Shown: positions 25,709 through 38,468 of the stretch, piece after piece
Numbering within the stretch: position 1 is the first letter of the stretch
How the letters are laid out: the number at the start of each line of letters is the position of its first letter
Source: Octopus sinensis
Taxonomy: Eukaryota
Assembly: GCF_006345805.1 (NCBI RefSeq)
Contig: NC_043001.1
Location: 49,972,001-50,036,000, forward strand
DNA length: 64,000 nt
Direction: 5' to 3'
Notes under the pieces: generated by a model
Seen by the model: only the letters and a program-made list of their open reading frames with translations
Told to the model about the DNA's origin: nothing
Databases searched by the model: none
Program-made: the position numbers and the translations under genes

Positions 25709-27934
25709 AACAGTAATCAAACACTTCATTTAATTACTTACCTCTGTATCACAATTACGTCCAATGAAGAGGCCCAGTTAATTGTGCTCAAGCAGAACTG
25801 ACTGAGCCTACTCAACATCAACCAAGCCAGTGTGGGCCAATAAGAGAATCACTCACTGGTAGAGAAAACCACATGATCCAGAAAGTAGGAACTATAACTA
25901 ACCAAGTCTTTCAGATACTGACCAACAGATTAAAAGGGTCAAAGCCCATCATTTGTTATCAGCAATATTCTGAGGCCTTTATTCATGCTCAAATCTCTCA
26001 TACCCTGGAACAAAGCCTCCTACCTCAATACTGCAGTTAAGGGGTCTTGTCTTGCAAGTTACTTGTTGACATCAGAGTTGCTGGTATCACATAAAGAGCA
26101 TCTAGTATAATCTGTAAAGTGGTTGGTGTTAGGAAGAGCATCAAGTTGTAGAAACCATGTCAAAGTAGACAGAGTTTGGCACAGTCTTCTGACTGGCCAG
26201 ATCCTGTTAAACCATGTAACCCACGATAGCATGGAAAGACAATGTATAATGGCGATAATGATATTACAGAGGTGCTATATGACTTTACAGCTCTGAATTC
26301 AAATTCTCCCACGAACAAAAAATCTTCAAGTGGCTGACCTTCCTGGTTAGGAATAATGAGAACTTTCAATTGTTTAATCCCATGGATGTTTAAACAAGTT
26401 CCAGCACACCTCCATCTTAAAGAGCAAGCAATCTATTCAAGAAACTTTAAATAAAAAGTTCAAATGAAATTAGGTTCAATAAACAGAAAATTCACTGACC
26501 ACCTCAATACTCTATATGCAAAGTCTGTCCATCAATTCGTCATGTTCCATCCTATTTTGTTTCTTCCATTCATCCAGTGCCATCATAATCAAATCACTAG
26601 TGTTACTACATATAATACGGAGTTAAGAGAACATTTTGTATTATTTAGTTCAATATCTTTCTTATAGCAAGCAGACCAAGTTGTCAACATTATTTTATTT
26701 ATCAATATTGTTGTACAAAGAACAAATACTAACATTGTAGAATGAGAAAGTCAAGAGCCATTGAGTATTACCCTTTATAAAATTAGGATGATTCTATACA
26801 TAAATGAGTCACATATGAGCCAACAAGTGAGCCTTTATGTGGCTGCTCAGCCTGTTAGAAATAACAAAAAAAAGCTCCTTACCATTGTAATTATAGATAC
26901 ATGATTAAATGATACAATGCCTGATATATAAAAAGACAAGATAGCCTTTGATCACCAGTTTTCTCCATTATAGTTGTTGACCTGGGTCTAAACAAACCGT
27001 ACCCACACACACAAATATATTTCAATAAGGGCATGAATAGCTACACTTTCAACATTCTCATACATCTTTTCTATCACAGTTGTAACCCTTTAAAAATCTC
27101 TAACTCAACCACTTATTCTAAGTATTTTATTTTTATTCTCAATGTAATTATTAATCTGACTATTTCCACCCCCAACACCACCACTCTCTCTCTTTCCCTC
27201 ATCATGTCCCATTTAAAAATCAACAATTGTTCTCTTTTTCTCTCTCACTGTGTGTGTGTATATGCGTATAATATTTCACCTCACCCATTCCCATATACTT
27301 CCCTTGTTTCCTGTTCGCTTTAAAATATATTACACTTCAGAGGCTTTAATGGCCTTGCATTCATCGAGTGACATCCATCCAAGTCACTTAACAACAAATT
27401 CCTAGGACTCAGCATCCTTCTCAATTTCCCTTCATCCTGTATATTTGTACAATTCTAGCCTTGTTCTCCACCACAACCATGCACACCCACCACATACAAT
27501 TTTAGAAATTCATTTCAAATTCCTTTTCTTTTTCTCTGAATGGAAATAAAAGATTGCACATTTTAATTTCAATTTTCTATTACAGTCATTACTGTGTAAT
27601 TGTAATCTATCAACAGCCATCTCAGAAATATATATTAGATTTTTAGATTTTGCTGTTACCAAATACATACATATTACATTATCCTAATATATATATATAT
27701 ATGTAAAATTAGAAATATTGCAGTTCTAAATCTCTAAGAGAGACTTATGCAGTAGCAGCATGATAAATTGATGGTTTGTTGCCAACTTAATGTGGCAATC
27801 CCAGGAAAGGGAAGAATGCTACTGCTATTTAGCCCCAGTAAATACCGTTTCCAGTTGGCCATGTGACACAAGCATAATGTGTCCTTATGTTTTCAAGCAG
27901 GGTAGATAAGCACCTCCACCCAGCAAAACCAGCA

Positions 27935-27977
27935 ACCAGAGGCTAGTTTCAGAGTCATTGCTCTTTATCAGTCTGGT
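27935..27977 (-). ncRNA. Minimal hammerhead-ribozyme-like motif (decayed), Penelope-type
   Basis: Minus strand: ACCAGA-CTGATAA-AGAG-caatga-CTCT-GAAA-CTAG-CC-TCTGGT. Stems I and II pair and stem III is palindromic; two core positions deviate (G8->A, U16.1->C). Confidence 0.6.
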
Positions 27978-27996
27978 GTAGCTTGGCTTGCTAGCT

Positions 27997-29806
27997 GCAT
28001 TCTTTATTACAGGCACAAGGCCTAAACACAGAGGGGATATACACAGACATGTGGGAACAAAAAATACATGAAAGAATGAATGTAAAATGAATTAAATTAC
28101 AATGAAAATGAGACGGTCATCTCGGTCCCGCTCTGAGATGAAACCGTAATCCTTTTTTTCCCTCCTTTTTAAACCTACATTTTAAATAACAATTTCCAGC
28201 CCTGCTCAGAGGCAAAACTGAGACTTCCCTTTTCCTTTCCACCTTACATTTAAAAAAAATGTTTTAAACACTTGTTCATTCAATAGTTACAAAATTTACT
28301 TACTTTTCCTTTTTTTTTTTGTCTCCAATAAAAAGTTCAACTAAAGGTTTTTCTCAGTTTTTATAGTCTTTAAAGAGAAATAACAACTTACCAATTCTCC
28401 TTTTCCATAATTCACCACTGAGGCACGAGGTTCAACATCCACCTCCTGCCCCAGTGGATTCACTCTTTCATGATGTCTTTCAATTTTGAAATTCTTTTAA
28501 CTTTTGCGTGTCCTATTTTTCACTATAAACCTTCTGTTTGTCACTTGCATGTTTGTGTTTTTTTTCTCTGTATTTCTGTAATTCTTGGCTTTCCTGTGAT
28601 TGTATCTGTGTGTCTGTGCGTTTGTTTAACTGTAATTCTGCATGTTTCATCTGTGTGTCTATGCTTTTAGGTTTCTGTGGTTCTAAGACATCTTGTATCT
28701 GTTTCTCTATATTTCTGTGCGGTTGGATGTCTGTGTGTTTGAGTGTCTGTGGGTCTGAATGTTTTTGTACTTGTAAGTGATCCTACTGGTGAATCTTCCC
28801 CATTTCTCGTCATATGTTGGATTACCTCTTCCATCGCTTTGCACTCCAGTTCTACTATCGTTGGTGACTTCCGCCTCTCTCTTTTTCTTGCTTTCACCTC
28901 TACAAAATTCCTTTCTTGTTCTGTTATCTGTTTCTGCTGTTTCTCCACCATTATATTCTCCTGAATACTCTCCTCTACAATTTCCACTGCTGCTCTAGGG
29001 CATTTCTTTCTCAAGTGCCCTCTTTCACCACATTTGTAACACTTTGGGGGGGTCTCCCCTCAAACATTATCTCCAGCTTTTCTTCATTTGGTAGCTCCAA
29101 AGTTACAGGTATTTCATTGTAATATTTCTGGCTCACTGCACAAATCATCTCTAATCTGTAACCCCACCACTTCACTTGTTGGGTTCAGCTTATCATGCCC
29201 ATCTTCACCTCTTCACTTTCCTTCCTTATCCCCGAATAAAAAAAAATCACTGCTATTATCTACTTTAGATCTATCGATGGTGGGATTCTTCCCACCTTAA
29301 TTCTCACAATTCGTTTTTCCAAACAGTTTGGCATCAATGTCCATTTCTCTCCCTGTATCATCCTGTTGGAGGATTTTGCCACCTCCTCTTCTGATACAAA
29401 GGTTACCACTATAAACGCATAACTCTTTCCTCTCATAAAGAATGCTATGCTGTCTCCTATCTGTCTTTCCAAAATTTCTTCTATTTCTTCCTGTGGCGCT
29501 TTTTCAATTCTTTTTTTATTTGAAAATGTTCTGAATATTACTGTCTTCTTTTCTATTTTTGCTTTTTCGTCCTCTGGTAGGGTCAGTTTTATATTTGACC
29601 CTTCTTTCTCCACCATACTACTATATTTTTCTATCAGCTCACTTTTGCATGCTACCATCTCTTGTTTCAGCACACTTGGGTCTAGGGGAACTCAACTTCC
29701 AGTAGCTTCTGCATAACTTTCATTTTTCTCAATTATTCACTACCACCCAACAATGGCGGCTTTGCTCAAAAATTTGGCTAGAGTTCTTCAAAACAACAAG
29801 TGGGTG
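27997..29806 (-). mobile_element. Tx1/L1-clade non-LTR retroposon lacking ORF2 (HAL1-like)
   Basis: Short 5' UTR with a YY1-like motif, ORF1 relic, ~340-bp 3' UTR ending aataaagaa; flanked by perfect 13-bp direct repeat tggcttgctagct (27984-27996, 29807-29819). Confidence 0.8.
28341..29740 (-). pseudogene. Decayed LINE ORF1p (RRM-like region, CCHC zinc knuckle, charged tail)
   Basis: SYAEAT...RIVRIKVGRIPP...EIMFEGRPP (frameshift) KCYKCGERGHLRKKCP (CX2CX4HX4C at 29000-29041)...NPLGQEVDVEPR...KNL* (TAG at 28341-28343); several stops and frameshifts. Includes track ORFs 29260-29673 and 28667-29014. Confidence 0.85.
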
Positions 29807-29819
29807 TGGCTTGCTAGCT

Positions 29820-30170
29820 TAATTCTTTATTACAAGCACAAGGCCTAATTACAGAGGGGACATATAAAGACATGCAGGAACATAAAGACATGCTGAAACA
29901 TATGAAGGATGAATGTGAAATGAATATATTTACAATGCAAATGAGCCGGCCATCTTGCTCTCACTGCGAGATGAAACCATGTATTCCTTTACCATTAACT
30001 TATTACACAACCTCTAGCCTTGCTCCAAGGCAAAACCACGACTTCCCTTTTCGCTTTCGCCCTATAATTACACCTTTTAAACAAAATGTTCAAACAGGAT
30101 TTACTTATTTTCCCTTTTCTTTTTTCTTTTTTTTTATTAAACTAAAGTCAACCAATTGTATATCATGTTA
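29820..30170 (-). mobile_element. 5'-truncated 3' UTR of a related Tx1-like element
   Basis: Collinear, diverged homologue of 27997-28340 (shared gagatgaaacc, acttcccttttc and tgtaataaagaat blocks). Confidence 0.8.
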
Positions 30171-30642
30171 TTTTTATAAAAACATTCTGGAAACCTACAT
30201 GCAGTTCTGAGAAAGGTACCAGGGGTCATAGAATATGTAAAAAAACAACAGCTAAATCTCCTTTAAATCACACACCTCTTTGGCTGAAAATATTTTCAAA
30301 AATTTATTTTTTTTAGCAAAAACTTCTTCCCATCGTTTTTAAGAGTAGTGCAAGAACAACTGGCCAAAATTAGTTTGGGGAAGTGGAATGGTGTGAAAAA
30401 ATAAATTTTCTCAAAAAAATTTTCATAAAAAAGCATAGCACAATCATTTCCAAAGCTCTGGTGAAAAACAAATTGGAAAAATCCCGATCAAAATGGAGAA
30501 AATCCAACTTATGTGGGCATCCTGATCTGAAACTCCGCTGTTTATAGCTATTTTAAATAGTCCATTCAAATTTTATTGAAACGGTATCATGTCCCAAAAT
30601 CTCAAGAAGAAGGTTATGTGAAAGTTCAAAGTCTTGCAAACC

Positions 30643-30980
30643 CATCTAATTTATATCAACACAAAGTAAATCAATAAATTAATGGTGCTACTGATAAAAT
30701 TGGAAGTGCTAAACAAAATTACCATGAAGCATTCAACTCTGGCCTTGTCTTCTTGTACAGACTTTTGACACTGGTACAGTGTCATGCATAGGCAGGCTGT
30801 AGGAAGATGCCCTTCTTGACTCCAACCTTCACTTGTTTCCAAGCAAAGTATTATTTCCCTCGTGGGTAGACATATTTGCACAAAAGACTGGAAATTAACG
30901 ACACCACTGGTATGACAGGGACACTCATCTACAACTTTCACGTGATGTCAAGACGAGGAGACACAAACACACACACACAC
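30643..30980 (-). mobile_element. SINE body and tail ((GAT)n-tail type), headless
   Basis: Reverse-complement homologue of 19560-19808. Confidence 0.7.
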
Positions 30981-31289
30981 TCTAGGGAAATACATCACCT
31001 AAACTGAGCTCAAGTACTTGATTGGTATTTTATTCTATAAAGCCCAGAAGGTTGAAATACAGAGTTGAACCCTCATGCCCCAGCAAGAATTGAGCTCTGA
31101 CCATAAAGGATCATAAGAAAATACTACAAAGCAATTAGCCCATCCACTGCACTACTAAATATTAACAACAACAAAATAATAATATGCAGTTATGACCAAA
31201 GCCTTAGTAGTGTTTCACAGCAGTCGTGGAGTAGAGGAGAAGGGGGAATCAACAGCCGGCTTGAGAATGAACTGACACGTAAGGTGGGT

Positions 31290-31520
31290 AGGTGGCCTCT
31301 TATACTGATGCCATCAGGATCAATGAAAGATCAATAAGCATGTATAGAATGTTGAAAGGGGAGGTCATTGCTCGATGGAAGAATGAGTGACGGAGGAGGG
31401 GGTAAAATAGAAAAAGATGAGACAGCAACAAAGTATTTCTGTTTGAAGCAGTAAAGGTATTATGAATAAATATGGCAGGCCCTGGTTAAATGATCGCATC
31501 AAGGCATGAAGAGAATGGGG
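31290..31520 (-). mobile_element. CR1/L2-type LINE 3' relic
   Basis: RHSFFHRAMTSPFNIL resembles the terminal NSFFPR....WN.LP motif of CR1/L2 ORF2. Confidence 0.4.
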
Positions 31521-32029
31521 GTGGGAGCAGACAAGCAGACAAACAGAACATGTAAAATGAGGACAGTAATTGACTATATGGGCAGATGATAAGGTGTAGT
31601 ATTGATTTAACAGTAAATATATTGAGAATGAGGAGCAGGGTTGGAGAGAGGTAGAGAAGAGAAAGAGGCAGACTAAAAAGGAGGAAGAAAACATGGAGAA
31701 AGAAGAAAGAGGGAGGGATGAAAGGTGTTTGAAGAAATGAGACAAGTAGTGAATGTATTGGCAAAGTAGAGAGAGAGAGAGAAAGAGAGAGAGAGAGTAG
31801 GGGATTGCTTGCATGTGTACGTATCTATGCATGCATGTGTGGTGAGAATGCATACACATGCATACAAGTTTGTGTTTTCATCCATGCGTATATATGCTTG
31901 TGTTTGTACTGTAATTCAACATCAATTTCTTAATGATTATAATAATAATAATAAAATTTTAATGCTTGAACTTAATTTTGATAATTAACATTACCATCAC
32001 TACTACTACTACTACTAGTAGTAGTAGTC

Positions 32030-32345
32030 TACTGAGGTCAACTTCACCTTTCATCCTTTTGAGATCAATAAAATAAGTACCGGTTGAACAGTGGGGCTGA
32101 TGTAATCAACTTAATCCCTTTCCCGAAATTGCTGGCCTTGTGCCAAAATTTGAAATTATCATTTTTAAGGTAGCAAGCTGGCAGAACTATTAGCATGCCA
32201 GACAAAGTGCTAAGCAGCATTTCTTCCATTTTTATGTTGAGTTCAAATTCCACTAAGGCCAGCTTTGCCCTTCATCTTTTTAGGGTTGATAAAATGGGTA
32301 CCAGATAAGCACTGGGGTCAATGTATTCAACTAGCCCCTAACCCT
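32030..32345 (+). mobile_element. Two adjacent SINE type B fragments
   Basis: Two copies of the ctttcatc...ggggt...gataaaat..gtacc module; the second carries the gctggcagaa head. Confidence 0.75.
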
Positions 32346-33704
32346 CCCACAATTACTATTATTATAAGGGTAAAATACCCAATCTGTCTGTTGTTTTCAT
32401 GGCCATACTGCATTCGAAATATTACATTCTAGTCTAAAATTATTAATATTTTATCCAAAACTAAATGTCCTTCCTATTAGAAAACTATTTCATTCCAACA
32501 TATTCTCCTTCATTCCACTATGATCATATCGCAAAAATCTTCAAAATGTTATAAAAACACCTAATCACTAATAGTTTATTCCATTTAAGAGCAGAATTCC
32601 ACAACCAAGTACATAACTTTAAATTCAACAAACATAAGTGTGTGTGTGTGTGTGTTTAGTGGTGGTGGGGGTCATAGCTATCTTTTGCCTCACAATTGAG
32701 GATTAAATTTCAGAAATTAACAAAATCCATCCTTTTTTCCCCCCCTCTTTTTACCTTATTGTTTTTGTATTGCAATAACACCACCAACTCTAACTGTCAA
32801 CTTTACAATGCACATGCATTAGTTACTTGGAAGACAACATTAGATTTAATATGCACCCAAAGCATAAAGACACACATACACACAGAGAACCAAGTTTGCT
32901 ATTGTCAAGAAGACACTCTGCAATAAAATGACACCTTTTGTTCAAACTAATATCTCTAGGAAGTGATATTGGTGAAGACATTAGTGTGACACAATCAATT
33001 AATGCCATTAAGACCCAGCAGCAGTTATCTTATATTTTGTGTGTGTGTAAACATACACACACACACAAATACACACATACACAGTATTTATGTGTGCGTG
33101 TGACCTAGAAATTAAAGAAAAAGTTACGTGAAGCTTTTTTTTTTCTTTTTTACCTTCATTAAACTAGCCAGTAAAGTGGGTAGGTCAGTCCAATCAATTA
33201 ATGAGTCAGTCTGCCTTAATAATAATTATTCTCAAACAAGCTCTGCTTACTGACCTTCAGTATTATGTATTTGACCTTTTCTTGTTGACCTGGTGACTTA
33301 GTTTAGAGTAATTAGTTAATCTTTTTGAAGCCCCATGCAGTAAACTGAAATTTATTTCACGAGAGACAGAGAGAGAGAGAGAGAGAGAAATCTGTAGATG
33401 AAATGGTGCAAAATCTATTTTTATTTAGTCACTTGATGATTCTATTGTCTTCACTTCGTCACACAGACACCAGGGCTTAGAATTAAAATAATTCTGTGAT
33501 GTGATGACGATGGTGGTGGTGGTTGTAATACTGCTGCAACTTAGCAGCTGTTGACTGTGAATGATTTAACTCATGGACAATAGGAAATTTACATTTAGAA
33601 TAACTTTGTAGGAAGTCACTCCACATATACAGTCAACATTTGTAATTTAACTGTCAAAGTGTTTGAGATATGATGTAAAAATGCCTTCTCAGACCTGAAG
33701 GGCT

Positions 33705-33783
33705 TACTACTACCACCACCACCACCACCACCACTACTACTACTACCACCACCACCACCACCACTACTACTACTACCACCACC

Positions 33784-33833
<50 letters not shown>
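33705..33833. repeat. Compound (CCA)n/(CTA)n microsatellite with 30-bp higher-order period
   Basis: Three (CCA)-(CTA) blocks at 30-bp spacing, then pure (CTA)n. Confidence 0.95.
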
Positions 33834-33835
<2 letters not shown>

Positions 33836-34678
33836 TTATAGAGTGTCGCTTTCCTCCAATTTTTATTGCTTGAAGTGAATGAGAAAAATTTCCATTTAGA
33901 CAGGATACTGAATTATCAGCAGTAAGATTCCCAGGTAATCTGGTACCTACATCTGATAGCTAGGTGAACTAAGGTTAATGCAAAATAAAGTGTTCTGTCC
34001 AGAAAAAACACTAAAATGCCAGTAATGGATTTGAACTTGTGGCCTTTTAGCAAATAGTCTACTTGGCCCATGATGCTTGTAAACCTAGTCATTATATAGT
34101 GTTCTCATCTGACATGAATTGCTAAATGGTTGAGTATTTTCAGAAAATACTATTTTATACACTTCAGTTCATTTTTTTCATGTATCTTTTCTCAAATTAA
34201 TTAGAACACATTTTGATTCTACAAATTTCAATATTTATTACACAGATTATATAGTCAAGATATTATATACTAAATGAAAGCTGCTACCATATTCATTATA
34301 AATATCAATAAGTTTTATTTCCCACAAATCAATAATTATTTGTTAATCTAATCAGTATTGATGAGTATATATCATTGTAGATTACAGAAGAGTAACCAAA
34401 AGTTCCATTAACTGACAGAGGAAGCTCTATGAAGTTACTTGAGCTGCAAGAAATAAAAAACAAATTTCAAATTACACTTTAAAAAATAAAGAGAGGCTAA
34501 TGCAGTTCTAGCCATGGACATTCCAACAACTTTTAAAATCTAGTGTATCTAGGACATCTTTGATCACAGATCTCCTGGATCAATGACCTGGCACTAAATA
34601 ACAATGATCAGGTGACCCAGTACCTTCATGTTCCAAAATTTCGAACCAGCAGTAAAAGGAAGAATGGCTCATAAGAGT

Positions 34679-34885
34679 CCCTTTAGAATTTGAGCCGGCC
34701 ATATCCAGCTAAAATAATCTGTTTTATCTTCAAACTGGCCACATCCGGCCTCTCACCCTACAATATTACTTTAAAAATTAATCACATCATCAAAATCCCA
34801 AAGCTACAAGGTCATGCATGACCAATTCAAATTAATATGAATAAATAAACATTACATTTGACTGAGAAATGTGAATGCTAAAGGG
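34679..34885. mobile_element. piggyBac-type MITE (inverted relative to 16970)
   Basis: ccctttagaattt...gaatgctaaaggg-TTAA. Confidence 0.75.
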
Positions 34886-35505
34886 TTAAGAGTTAAAGTG
34901 TCTGCTAGTGTTATTGATTATAATTGCATTTAATAAAAGAAACTATCACACACAACACCATAAGAAAAAAAAAAGACTGCTTAAAATTAGAAACACCATT
35001 TGATGTCAGGTCTAAAAGGTTTAAGAATAACACCACTAAATGGATGCAAACTTGATTAACTTCACCATTCCTATATAAAGAATCAAATATACAAGAATCT
35101 GTGAATTGATAAGAATTGTCACAGGGTCTGGTGAGATTTCTTTCGGAATTTATTGAGTTCTTGGGTAGATAGACTCAATTTATTGTTCACTTTAATATTA
35201 TCACTTGATCATTCTGTTGCAGGCCCTGAACCAAGAGTACTTCTTCCCTCTATGAGTAAGTAGTAGATAAATCAATAAATTTTAAAAAGGTTAAATCTGA
35301 TGGAATCAAAGAAAAATTGGGCAACACTGTAAAAAACAAAAAAAGTTATTTTCTTTTTACAAAATAAGTTAGTTATATTTTTCTTGTGTCACTTTAATCA
35401 ATTTCCCCATCTTAATACAAGTGGAAGGTTTCTTTTTTAATTATTTATTTTGGGAAGATGATGCTAAATTTGGGTATTTTGCTTTAAATCCTTACCAAAT
35501 ATTAA

Positions 35506-35712
35506 TCCTTTAGTATTCAGATATCTCTGGTCAAACAATGCTTATTTATTCACATTGTTTCATGCATTATCTCATAGTTTGGGATTCCAATTATGTAAGT
35601 TTATTTTTAGAATGGCATTGTAGGGTAAGTGTGAAAGGCTGGATATGGCCAGTTTGAACATAAAACAGGTCGAATATTTGGGTCTGATGTGACCAGTTTA
35701 AATGCTAAAGGA
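35506..35712. mobile_element. piggyBac-type MITE
   Basis: TTAA-tcctttagtattcag...aatgctaaagga-TTAA. Confidence 0.75.
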
Positions 35713-35762
35713 TTAAGGCATCAGATTGGATCAAGCTTGAACAAAGGCAGATTAAGTGAATT

Positions 35763-35988
35763 GGCGAGCTGGCAGAAGCGTTAGCACACCAGGCGAAATG
35801 CATAGCCGTATTTCGTCTGTCGCTACATTCTGAGTTCAAATTCCGCCGAGGTCGACTTTGCCTTTCATCCTTTCAGGGTCGATAAATTAAGTACCAGTTA
35901 CGTACTGGAGTCGATGTAATCGACTTAATCTGCTTGTCTGTCCTTGTTTGTCCCCTCTATGTTTGGCCCCTTGTGGGCAATAAAGAAA
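35763..35988 (+). mobile_element. SINE type B, young
   Basis: CpG-rich head (ggcgagctggcagaagcgttagcac...gagttcaaattccgccgagg) and tail tgtcccctctatgtttggccccttgtgggcaataaagaa. Confidence 0.93.
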
Positions 35989-35999
35989 CAGATATAGAA

Positions 36000-36348
36000 C
36001 ACTGGTTCTTGACTGGGGTCCATATGGCCCCTGAGGGTCTGTATAAGATTTTGGGGGGGGTTCATGCAACAAAATAGTAAATTGGAGATCCACAATAGTA
36101 TTTAAAGAGCCCCTGAAGAGATTTTGCTTTAGATATATGTATTGGTATGCACTGCAAGAAACAGCTTAGGTTTCTTTCTCTAACATTTTACATAGTTCAA
36201 CCTACACAAGTTAATGGGTTAAAAAAAAAAGGAATTTTGAAAGAAGTTTCTTTAAAATTAGTTTTTAGATATCAAATGGCTATGGGGGCCCATCAGAATA
36301 AATAATAATCAAAGGAGTCCATCGATAAAAAATGATTGAGAACCGCTG
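36000..36348. mobile_element. hAT-like MITE
   Basis: Termini cactggttcttgac / gattgagaaccgctg (cf. CAGTGGTTCTCAAC); atagaa abuts both ends. Confidence 0.6.
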
Positions 36349-38468
36349 ATAGAAGTTTTATACATGAAAATTGTCATCATCATTAATTTTACATTATAGT
36401 TTTCCACAATAATGTAGAATATGAAATTTCATCTAATTACCCCTAATTTTGTTAACTCTATAGTTTGTCCCAAATTAAATAGTAATATAACCCACAGCAG
36501 GGTGATTCATATCTACAGCGCATATTAATAAAAAAAAAACAACACTAAAAACAAACCACGTAGTTTTGTTTATCCTACTTTATGGGTGTGTTAAAGTGGA
36601 AATTCTAATTATACATGAATACACACAGCATGCAGTTACAGTAGGCCAATGTGGGAGCCTCTACCAAACCAACGTAGGAATCTCAATAGGGGAGCCTCAA
36701 CCTAGTTGTTTGACTGGTCACAAATAGCAGCCAAATTTCTTTTAAATCATTTCTTACACTGTCTTTAAAAATAGCAAATTGCACAATATGATCTTAGGAA
36801 AAAAAGACAAGGGTGGAATGCTTTGATCACAATCCTACTCAATCAGTGTTGACCTGGGACTAAACAACAACTAGGTGTTCTAAACTAACCTGAGTAATCC
36901 ACAGTGATTGTTACTTTAATTTACATCATTCTCATACTCTCACATTTCTTTGATGTGTTCTTTTAATTTACAAATGCATTATTAGTGTTAGGTAGGAGAG
37001 AGAGAGTGTGGGAGAGGGCTATTAGAAGAAAATATCTCAAATAGACACAACTTGAAGTGAGATTTGCTAGAACATAAGAGTCACTTGTAGACACTCATCA
37101 GATACAGGTTTTCCTCCCCACTTACCCTACCTCTGTAAAGGTGTTGTCCACAAAAATTTAATTGCAATCAATTATTACCTTTAGTTATTTTTTTTTTACT
37201 GCCATTATTAAAAAAAAAAAGTAGTGCTACTTTAGCATGTGGTATACTACAGTAAACATAGTCTATGCTGTGAAATGACCTGATATGGATTAAATTTAAG
37301 GTTAGGTTTTTAAGGTTAAGGCTATTATGAGTAGGGTGCACTAAAAATCAACTACTGAAGCAGTGTTTCGATTCATTCTTCTACATTTCAAGTCCAAATC
37401 TCATTAGGGTAAATTTTGATCTTTATCCATCCAAAATCAGCAGAATAAGTATTACATCTTAACAACTGGCAGGAATTACTAACTGCCTCTATGGTCAAGA
37501 GTTTTATGCAATGGCACTCATCAAAATCAATAAATATTAGTTATGTACTGGTGTCAATTCATTTAACTTTATCTCTCCCTTATAATTTAGAGGCCTGTAA
37601 CCGTTAGGAGGAAGTAAGGATTTTGGAATGGCAGATGTAATTCTTCACAGTATTTTAGTTTCTTCTTCCACATTTTGCCAAAGAGATAAAATGTAGGAGT
37701 AACTTTTGCTCTTTAATTCTCCATAGTGCAGAAAATGAGCACTGTGCATGCAATGGGATCAATTCAATGTACTTTTCTTTAGGATGTGCCAATACAAAAA
37801 AATTGCACTGCTTTTACCATCTCTCTCATTGTTATGAATTAGTATCACTGGATAATCAAAGCATTTCACCAATCCCTGAATAAAAATGAGGTCTTCTGTC
37901 TACCACACTAACAATAAGAATAGTCATCGCTCAGGAAATTGAAGTGAACAAGAAGGTGGAGGAAAAGAAATAAAGAAAGGAAGTGAATACCTTAATATAT
38001 TATTAGGTGTGTATCTGTGTGGAATTTAATAAACATGAGATATTATTGCTTTAGCAACGAACATATGTTTGATGGCGGTTGGGAGAAGGATGGGACAGTA
38101 ATAATAGTAGAGATGGCAGTAGTAGTGGTGGTAATAGTAGAAAAAATAGTGGTAAGATTGTAATAGCAGTAATAAGGAACAGGTGTTTGGGGGTAAGACA
38201 AAAAAAAAAAGAAAATCAACTGACAAAAAATGTGGAAGAACTAGTGGTATGCTAGAGGCTAATCACTAAAACTGTCACTGATTGAATTTAAATCAACTTT
38301 CACACCCATACAAACACAAACATACAGCCACAGAAGACACACAGCAGCCCTAAAGCACTTCTATGAAGTAATAATTGTTTAGTTCCCAGATCAGCCTTCA
38401 CTGTGCAGGCTCATTGATCAAAGGTGTCCCAGCCATGACCATCCTGCCTTTATTTTTTCCATATATTA

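Noticed and set aside
26512-26605. Minus-strand peptide NTSDLIMMALDEWKKQNRMEHDELMDRLCI*
   Set aside because: Looks protein-like, but no donor precedes the stop and no homology was recognised; insufficient support.
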